Source: Octopus vulgaris
Taxonomy: Eukaryota
NCBI GenBank assembly: GCA_951406725.2
Contig: OX597821.1
Span: 32,674,001 to 32,738,000 of the forward strand
Reading direction: 5' to 3'
Length of the DNA stretch: 64,000 nucleotides
Shown here in pieces: positions 55,522 to 64,000 of this stretch. The translations under genes were made by a program, and so were the position numbers. The notes under the pieces are model-generated. The model saw only the letters and a program-made list of their open reading frames with translations. It was not told the DNA's origin and did no database searches. The number at the start of each line of letters is the position of its first letter. The stretch's first letter is position 1.

Positions 55522-56982
55522 TGAACAATTTTAATATCGAGATGAAATTTCGACGGCGTATAACTAATGAGAAATTTGGTAATTCTTCCATACTTTAGTC
55601 CTGTAGAGAAAAATGTCTTTAACATGGAAAGTACGACGATGGTTGACAACGTAGAGGAGAGTACTCAAGGACAGTACGGGAACTAGAATATACTATATTA
55701 TTAAGGCCAGTCGGACGAAGGGTGTTGAGGTCAATAGTAACAATAATAGAACGTTGATTGGTTGTGAGCAGTGTAGTTGGGGCAGCAGTAGTAAGGTGAT
55801 CCGTAGTAAGAAGGAGAAGAAACTTAATTTATCACTCGTGACTTTCAGCCAGTAAATCTCGCAGATGTGTTTGAGTGTGTATGTGTATGTGTGTGTGTGT
55901 GTGTGCGCGCGCACGTGCGTGTGTGTGTGTGTGTGAAATGATCATAATGAGGTGATGCTAATACAAGTGGTGGTGGTGTGGTGGTAGTGGTGGTGGTGGT
56001 GGTGGTGGTGGTGGTGGTGGTGGTGGTGGTGGTGGTGGTGGTGGTGGTGGGTGAGTTGCTGTGGCTGTGTTGATTGTCGCGGTGTTCATGATGATGATGA
56101 TCATGATCATGATCATGATCATGATGATGTTGATGATCATGATCATGATCATGATGATGATGTTGATGATGATCATGATGATGGTGATGATGATGATGAC
56201 GACGACGATGACGAAGACGAATGTAAGGATGACGTTCATGGTCATGCTGATCAGAATGATGGCGGTCATAAATAATACCAGAATCACTTATACATACAGA
56301 AGCACTGTCAAATAGATACACACACACATACATACACACACACGCACACGCACATACACACACACACGTATGCACAAACCCCCTAGAGACACATCCACAT
56401 ACCTTATATACTTACATATTTACACAATATTGTCGCAAAGATTTCAAGAATCAGTAACGCCTTCTGTCGTAGAAAGACTATAAACATGCCGACCTCTGGT
56501 TCGTTATAAAATGTTTATGGCGAAATACAAATGAGAAAAAAAGACGATAGTAGAAGAAGCGTCCAGTGCAGTAATGATGTACGCGAAGCTCGGAAAATTG
56601 GTCTATGTGCTACACACACAAACATACGCACACACACAAACATATGTGCACACAGGCACGCGCACATATATATACAAATATACACAGTTACGTATATATC
56701 TTCAATCAAACATATAAAAGTATTTTTCCACATAGACATGCGCACCATACATACACACGTGCCAATCACTCAACTTACGGATGAGTTTTAATCTAATCAA
56801 TAGATTCAAGCTACTGCATAAGTATACACCACTTCAATCTTAGACACCACACACATACACACACACACATACACACACACACAAACACAGACACACACAC
56901 ACATACACACACACGCATACACGAACTGACTTAAGTTTGATATCATACATACACATGGTATTCTAACATACTCATACACACA

Positions 56983-57031
<49 letters not shown>

Positions 57032-57073
57032 ACCTTGACAGAGAATTACGTCCGGAATCAGCCCAATCCAGCG

Positions 57074-57128
57074 TTCCCTACTGATGAGGCAAAGGAATTA
57101 GCCGAAACTGACCGATCAGTATAGGAAA
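57074..57128 (+). ncRNA. Canonical type I hammerhead ribozyme with a full stem III
   Basis: uuc-CCUA-CUGAUGA-GGC[aaaggaauua]GCC-GAA-ACUGA[ccga]UCAGU-A-UAGG-aaa. All core nucleotides are present; predicted cleavage is after GUA (57121). Confidence 0.92.
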
Positions 57129-57347
57129 TACTCAACCGGTGTTATCGGGCGATTACAGTTCTTGTCAGTACATATGCATACAATTATGTGTTTTAACTAC
57201 AGCATTAGAGGCTTTTAGCACTTTTTTCTAGCAATGTAGGTGGTCTAACACCATAATCATATTTAGTGACAATTATTATTTCCCTTTTTGGTAACACAAT
57301 GCATATGGCTGTCTTTATTTATTATATATATATATATATATATAACA

Positions 57348-57952
57348 TACAAAATGGGACAAGAACGCAAAACATCCAGACAACTAGGTGATATAAAAAG
57401 GGACAACAAAACATGCAGATAGACGACACAAAGAAAACAAGACGAGTCATTCGAAGTTTTCTATCTTCAGTCAAGAACTAGATTATCCTCGCAATTTCGG
57501 CTGATTATCTCTCTTTGATTCCTTTTCCTCTAGATTTTTTCTCTCTCTTCTTCCCTACTCTCACGTGACCTGATGGTCAACTAGCCTTTTCGCCGTTGAC
57601 CACTGCCGTGACAACACCGTTTTCTTCGTCTGCCGCAAAGGCATTTATTTCAAAATACGCCAGCTAAGATAAGTTAAATTGTCTAAAGTCGTAAGACACC
57701 CGCTGTTTTTGTCCTGTTATTACCATTCTTGTTTTAATTTTATTTCGTAAAAATTCGATCCTTTTTCCAAGAAATCTAATGCTCGCAGCTTAGTTTTTCC
57801 TTGGGGCTGGCCGGATCGGAGCGATATCAGGATTAACCAGCCGAAATTTGCTAGGATGATCCAGTTCCTGACTGAAGATTAGAGGCTTCGAATGACCTGT
57901 CCATTTTTTGTGTCGTCTCTTTGTGTATTTTGCGTTCTTGTCCCATTTTGTA
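57348..57952. mobile_element. TA-embedded element with diverged terminal inverted repeats of about 150 bp
   Basis: TACAAAATGGGACAAGAACGCAAAA and its exact reverse complement at 57928-57952. The inner GTCATTCGAAG...CTTCAGTCA...AATTTCGGCTG is mirrored at 57838-57897. Confidence 0.8.
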
Positions 57953-57965
57953 TTTTTACATATAA

Positions 57966-58014
<49 letters not shown>

Positions 58015-58237
58015 TCGGGACTCGAGAGATCGGTAACGGTGCCAACAACATTGTGCAGGATGCAGAATGTCTTCATCATAAGGGCGGTTGATGCCATTCT
58101 GAAGGTGTACACAAACGTGCAGAAGCTAAAAGCAACCTTCAAAATATCACTACACTTGCAGCCCGGCACCTGGAGAGGAAACTCTACGCTTGACGACATG
58201 TATGTAGATAGATAAATAGATAGATAGATAGATAGAT

Positions 58238-58398
<161 letters not shown>

Positions 58399-58409
58399 TA
58401 ACTATGTAT

Positions 58410-58608
58410 GGGGAGAGTTTACGAAAAAAACAAAAGACGAAGACAGGTGGTGTACAAAACAATCAGATGTATTAGTATAACGCTCAGGAATAAAAAAAAG
58501 TCTTTTACGTTTCGAGCCTACGCTCTTCTACAGAAAGGGACACAGAAAAAAACAAGGAGAGAAACAAGGAGAGAAAATAATGTGTGTGGTGGCTAACGAC
58601 CTATCATG
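58410..58608 (-). mobile_element. Family H3 cassette with a CUGUAGA hammerhead-like motif (58502-58537)
   Basis: Minus strand: CUUU-CUGUAGA-a-GAGC[guag]GCUC-GAAAC-GUA-AAAG. Confidence 0.75.
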
Positions 58609-59133
58609 GCGACTATATGAATGTACATACATATAACTATGTATGTACATTCATTTAAATACATATAAATTTATCACCTAAGTTCATGCAGAAATGTGTG
58701 CCTTTGCTTATTCAAATATTCAGACTCTCTCTCATGCTTTAATTTACCGGCTACCACATTCAGGTGCGCACGCACGCCCACATATACATACGCACAAATT
58801 TGTATATATGTCTACGTGTGTGTTGTGCGCGTATCTGTGGTAGTGAATGGACGTCGCCAGTAACTCACCCAGCCACGCGTCCAATCATATATGTATTCAC
58901 TACAACTATTCCGGCAATCGTGTAATTAACTACCAAACAGAACCACCTGCTGTTACTTGTCAAATGAACAAATATCATCGACAGCCCAGCCACTCGAGTT
59001 GCTAGTCTTTTACTTTGTCTCTCTATCTACCAATCTGTCTGACTGCCTGTCTGTCTGTCTGGTTGTCTGGTTGACTCTCTGTATGTATGCAGGAATACAT
59101 ATATATATATATGTAAAAATATATATATATATG

Positions 59134-59164
<31 letters not shown>

Positions 59165-59198
59165 GTATGTGTATATATATATATGTATATATATATAT

Positions 59199-59240
<42 letters not shown>

Positions 59241-59425
59241 TCACACATTTATATTACATACAGAGTGTGTGCACACACAAACACAAAGACGCGCGCGAGC
59301 GCGTATAGTCTCAGAATATTCGCATGTAGACAGATAGATATATCTATACGTAGATATATACACACTCACATATATATATATATATGTCCGTATGTGTATA
59401 TATATATATATATGTGTGTGTATGC

Positions 59426-59473
<48 letters not shown>

Positions 59474-60277
59474 GCACGTGTGTGTGTGTATATATGTACG
59501 TATATATATATATATATATACATACATAAATACATACACACACACATATATATATACACAAAAGGAACACACATGCTGACACGCTCACACAGACACACAC
59601 CCATACACACACAAACACAAACACACAATCACAGACACACGTCTGTCATATTTTGTTGACAGTTTATGTTGTGCAGTAACATTAATAGAAAAAAAATTAT
59701 CAAAAAAATATAGGACTGCTCTCCTCATACCTCTGACATTAAAAACAATGAAAAACTCTTCAAATAAGATAGAAATGAAATGTGACATTTTCTTACACTA
59801 TTTATTGTGGGTTAGAGAAAGCGGAAAACTAATCAAAACATAGACACTATGACGTCATTAACGATTTAATTTTATTTTATTCATGAAGGTCCGTGACTTA
59901 TATCCCAAATTAGATGATCTGTTGCCCTATTTGAAATCAATTTCTTTGATATAGTTTTCTTTAGAGAGCGTCATAATACTCCAATTTGGCAAGTATCCAC
60001 CGAATATTTCTCGTCTCTAATCTTCGTTTCCCCATTCTACAGAAATAATGATTTCTTTGCTCTGGACATTTGGCTAACGTTTGTAATGGGAAGTGTTTTG
60101 AGTATAATCAAGTGAAATTACTCTGACTCTAGTATTCTAACTGTGTTTAGTGTATGTTCTCTTGTTGCATGGAAGACAACTATCCTACAGTAGATACTGT
60201 AATCAAGAGAGATTATTCATGTGTGTATATTTCCACATAAACTTTTCGCTTTCTCTCACTTCCTTTCTCTAACTTGG

Positions 60278-60460
60278 CATGATAGATCGTTAGCCACTAC
60301 ATACATTTTTTTCTCTCCTTTTTTTTCTGTGTCCCTTTCTGTAGAAGAGCGTAGGCTCGAAACGTTAAACAATTTTTTCTATTACTGAGCGTTATACTAA
60401 TACATCTGTTTGTTTTGTACACCACCTGTCTTCGTCTTTTTTTTTTCGTAAACTCTCCCT
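60278..60460 (+). mobile_element. Family H3 cassette with a CUGUAGA hammerhead-like motif (60335-60370)
   Basis: CUUU-CUGUAGA-a-GAGC[guag]GCUC-GAAAC-GUU-AAAc; reverse complement of 58410-58608. Confidence 0.75.
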
Positions 60461-60464
60461 ATAC

Positions 60465-60540
<76 letters not shown>

Positions 60541-60605
60541 GATAAAATGGGACAACATAGCCAAGGCTATGTGGAATTTTCAGGACATTTATAACGAGAA
60601 AGTTA

Positions 60606-60653
60606 GTCTTACAGCTATTTCTGGGATATTAGGGATATCCCTTCAGCAGAGAC
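60606..60653 (-). ncRNA. Decayed family H1 hammerhead
   Basis: Minus strand: GUCU-CUGCUGA-a-GGGAUAU[cccua]AUAUCCC-a-GAAAU-AGCU-GUA-AGAC. A6>C in the core; stems intact. Confidence 0.65.
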
Positions 60654-60810
60654 GGTGCGAGATGGCAAACTGTGGGGAAATAGTAGAGTTTGATATAATA
60701 AGAAGTATAAAGGGAAATAAGAGAATAAAATTAAAAATAAAAATATATGTAGGGTGTTATCGTTGCTGTTTCATTATCCAAGGAATGTGGTGTGTAGGAG
60801 CAGAAATGCT

Positions 60811-61226
60811 TCTTATCTCTTTATTGCCCACAAGGAGCTAAACATAGAGGGGCTAAACAAGGACAGACAAAGGGATTCAGTCGATTATATCGACCTCAGT
60901 GCGTAACTGGTACTTAATTTATTGACCCCGGAAGGATGAAAAGTAAAGTCGACTTCGGCGGAATTTGAACTCAAAACGTAACGGCAGACGAAATACCCAT
61001 TTTTTTATTACCCACAAGGGGCTAAACATAGAGGGGACAAACAAGGACAGGCATAGGTATTAAGTCGATTACATCGACCCCAGTGCGGAACTGGTACTTA
61101 ATTTATTGACCCCGAAAGGATGAAAAGTAAAGCCGACCTCGGCAGAATTTGAACTCAGAACGTAACGGCAGACGAAATGCCACTAAGCATTTCGCCCGGC
61201 ATCCTAACGTTTCTGCCAGGTCGCCG
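60811..61226 (-). mobile_element. Two tandem SINE family A copies
   Basis: Same arrangement as 26503-26901. Confidence 0.9.
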
Positions 61227-61988
61227 CAGCATTGCTTCTTATATAGCTGTGTACACAGCCATATATAATTTAAAGAATATAACGTATGTACGAGTGAGTG
61301 GGCAATCGAAAGAAAACATGGGCTCTTAAACATCGATGTCTACGTAGGCTGCAAGCCGATGCCCCCCACCCCCCACTTATACATCCTTTTTAACCCCGTA
61401 CATGCGCTCCATAAATGTGAACGTGTGCACACATACACACACACACATAAATACATCCATGCACTCACACTTCTCGCTTTACAAACCCCACTCACCATCA
61501 AACCTCAGACCAACGTCAATTCTCACCTCACTGTAACGCTGTTGAGACTAAACTTGTGTATATCTCACGTGCTCGCATACATAAATACCAAACGTATGCA
61601 TGCGTGTGTGTGTGTGTGTATGCGTGTGTGTGTGTCTGTGTGGTGCGCGTGCTCGTTTATGTAAAATTTTCGTCGAAATAGGTAATTTAATAAGTATATA
61701 ATCTAAGTGCTCGATTTGATTTACTACTAAAAGTTCGATTTGAACTGCAACTGTCGAAGTTGCCTATCAAAGGTGGTTAGAAGTGGTAAACAGCCGAGCA
61801 GGTATGTATATGTGTATATATATATAGTTAATCCGAACATGAAAGCACAAAAAAAACACAACAACGCGAGGACGTGGAACAAATATAGTATTATTGGACG
61901 CTCAGGAAAGAAGGAAAGAAATATATATATATATATCCTTATATCCTTAAAAATGTTTTAGCCCGAATGCTGCGGCCATGCTGGGACA

Positions 61989-62029
<41 letters not shown>

Positions 62030-62033
<4 letters not shown>

Positions 62034-62900
62034 CAGATAATGAAAAACCGAAACATAGTAATACTTTATGAATTAAACATGATTTAACATAATGCAGAGT
62101 AGTTATAGTAAATACGTAAAGTTGCTTACAGCTGTTTCAAGAATAGCTAACCATGTAGATCATATGTTATTGAGTAAAGATTTCCACATAAGCTAACTCT
62201 GCCATCATTTGCGAGAGAGAATTAAAAGATGCCCTATTTCAAGGGTATAAGTAGTTACTAATACGTCGATGAAGTACAGAGTCTCCAAAATAAAAGATAA
62301 GAGTGGTTGGAGTTTCTGTGCTCAAAGCATTAACGAAATCCTCAATAAAAGATAATATCCGTTTGTAGGTCCATTTTTGAAATCTGAAGTAAAATCCATG
62401 GAAAAACATAATAGAAGTTACTAGTTCCATTTTCCCTCCCTATGTTACGAAATATAAAGAAAGTACTTGTCCTACAAAATAGTTTACTATTTATGCGGGG
62501 ATGAAAGACAGAGGTGGGAGGCGGTTGAATGTAAGCATATTGGATAAAATATATGAACTTATGAATAACACTTTACCTTTTCCTTTGCAATCAAAGCCAC
62601 AAATAGTTAAAGAACATATATTCCTGCCGCTGTCGATGTTAACGTTACATATGCAATTCATTCTTCGCCTGTTTTTCAATAATCTACGGGAAATATATTT
62701 GCTCAGCTGAAAATGCTTATCATTCTTTTGGCCTTCTCATTATTGCAGTTAGTTCTTCAAAGTGGATGTTATTTCTTCGCTTACTATTTTTCATGTGGTT
62801 ATTTAATGGTCAGCTAAGTATTGTAACTTTGATTTTGGCGAGTATATGTTGCATTAAATTTTTCTCAATAAACAAAGTACTTTGTCCTGAAAAACACAAA
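62030..62900 (-). mobile_element. Decayed Penelope-like 3' end (GIY-YIG remnant plus decayed hammerhead at 62121-62214)
   Basis: Minus strand: GQSTLFIEKNLMQH...PLNNH...IHFEE...AEQI at about 62890-62690. Downstream, a long hairpin AGAGUUAGCU/AGCUAUUCU precedes GAAAC-AGCU-GUA; the 5' core has decayed to AUGAUGG. Confidence 0.45.
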
Positions 62901-63094
62901 TATGTAACATATATATTTTAATGCACGAATAACATTTCTTACTTTCTACATGACAATCACTTTACGCTACTTTTACCTTTCTGCATATAATAAAAACACA
63001 TTTATTTTGTCATCAGGTCCTTAGCTAAATTGAATACACCGAGATATTCTCGTTGCATCTGCGAGAAATTTGTCGCTAGGACTAACATATATGC

Positions 63095-63131
<37 letters not shown>

Positions 63132-63135
<4 letters not shown>

Positions 63136-63520
63136 ATGTGTTCCAATATTAAGGCAACCAACTTATTTCAATTTTGCCAAAGCAAAATATTGTTATGTTT
63201 CGGGTCTCAGCGTTGCAACGCGATGGTAGACACAATTAGGACACAAACACATCTATTCGAAATGATCACGTCAGTTTCGTATCACAGCCTGAAGTCTACG
63301 TGCGAATGCTTCACACACGGCATGCAGCTGTTCTTGAGAAATCGATGTCCATTCCTGGTGCAGTTTTGCGTTTAGAGCGAATTATGAGGAGAGAATTATG
63401 AGTGCTCCAGGCCCTCGTCTCCAAAATAGACCGAACATAAAAATCCAACAGGTTGAAATCGGGACTTCTTGAGGGTCATACATCCTTGCCTATGAACGAC
63501 GGAATGTTTTTTTTTTCTGA
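63132..63520 (-). mobile_element. Tc1/mariner-superfamily transposase 3' remnant
   Basis: Minus strand: NIPSFIGKDV*PSRSPDFNLLDFYVRSILE...EWTSISQEQLHAVCEAFARRLQAVIRN*RDHFE*. Confidence 0.85.
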
Positions 63521-63646
63521 ATATAGTGTTGTGTCTGTTTGGAGCTGCGGGAATGCGTTTAATATGTAAATTGGTATATCCGATAACTTAACACCGCTGT
63601 ATGCGGTGGCTATATAAGCAATGTGTTCAGAGGCAAGAATGGATTT

Positions 63647-63699
63647 GATGGATGCTGATGAAGGGGAAAATGTCCCGAAATATGGCATATACACTCATT
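63647..63699 (+). ncRNA. Type I hammerhead ribozyme, near-palindromic stem III
   Basis: GAUGGaUG-CUGAUGA-a-GGGG[aaaaug]UCCC-GAA-AUAUG[g]CAUAU-A-CAcUCAUU. The core is intact and the triplet is AUA. Confidence 0.7.
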
Positions 63700-64000
63700 A
63701 CCCATTTTTCTTCGATGTCATTGTTTGTTTACGTCTGACGTTTCGATACGAAGCGTTGTAGTAAAAATCAGTGCTGGCTATAATTTCTATCGAATATCTT
63801 TAGAAATAACCTTAAAATAAGGAAAATGGAATATACGAGAAACTGTTTTTCTCACAACGGTTAACTACTAGGAACTTACCCAATACTTAAAACAGTAATC
63901 CTTTGATTATCACGGGTGTTACATTCCAAAACAACCCGCGATAGATGAAAATCCGCGAAGCCTTACACCAACTGCAGTGGAAAGTGCCGTCTTTGGGATA

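Noticed and set aside
58015-58200. GC-richer island between microsatellites
   Set aside because: Probably a TE fragment, but no motif could be identified on either strand.

Overview
Eukaryotic, AT-rich, microsatellite-saturated DNA that is almost entirely non-coding. The SINE and repeat families and the TTAGGG-type repeat suggest an octopod cephalopod; this is inference, not verified. No complete protein-coding gene is visible. Most ORFs in the supplied track are translations of (TA)n, (TATG)n, (GATA)n or (TAA)n repeats. The window holds many decayed mobile elements: six Tc1/mariner-superfamily remnants (one a foldback built from two 3' ends), an R4/Dong-type and a Tx1/L1-type LINE that both lack much of their RT, a non-autonomous Helitron, a MITE carrying telomeric repeats, about 20 tRNA-derived SINEs and three Penelope-like (PLE) coding remnants. 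The strongest unexplained signal is a set of about 14 type I hammerhead ribozyme motifs in several architectures. They include one canonical, probably monomer-competent copy (57074-57128), minimal dimer-type copies, copies with a long stem II, and recurrent core variants (CUGUAGA, CCGAAGA). Most sit in short non-coding cassettes wedged into microsatellites, consistent with PLE-derived or retrozyme-like non-autonomous elements. The window also contains several foldback and inversion structures and a few weak candidate exons. All structures were read by eye and coordinates of decayed elements are approximate.
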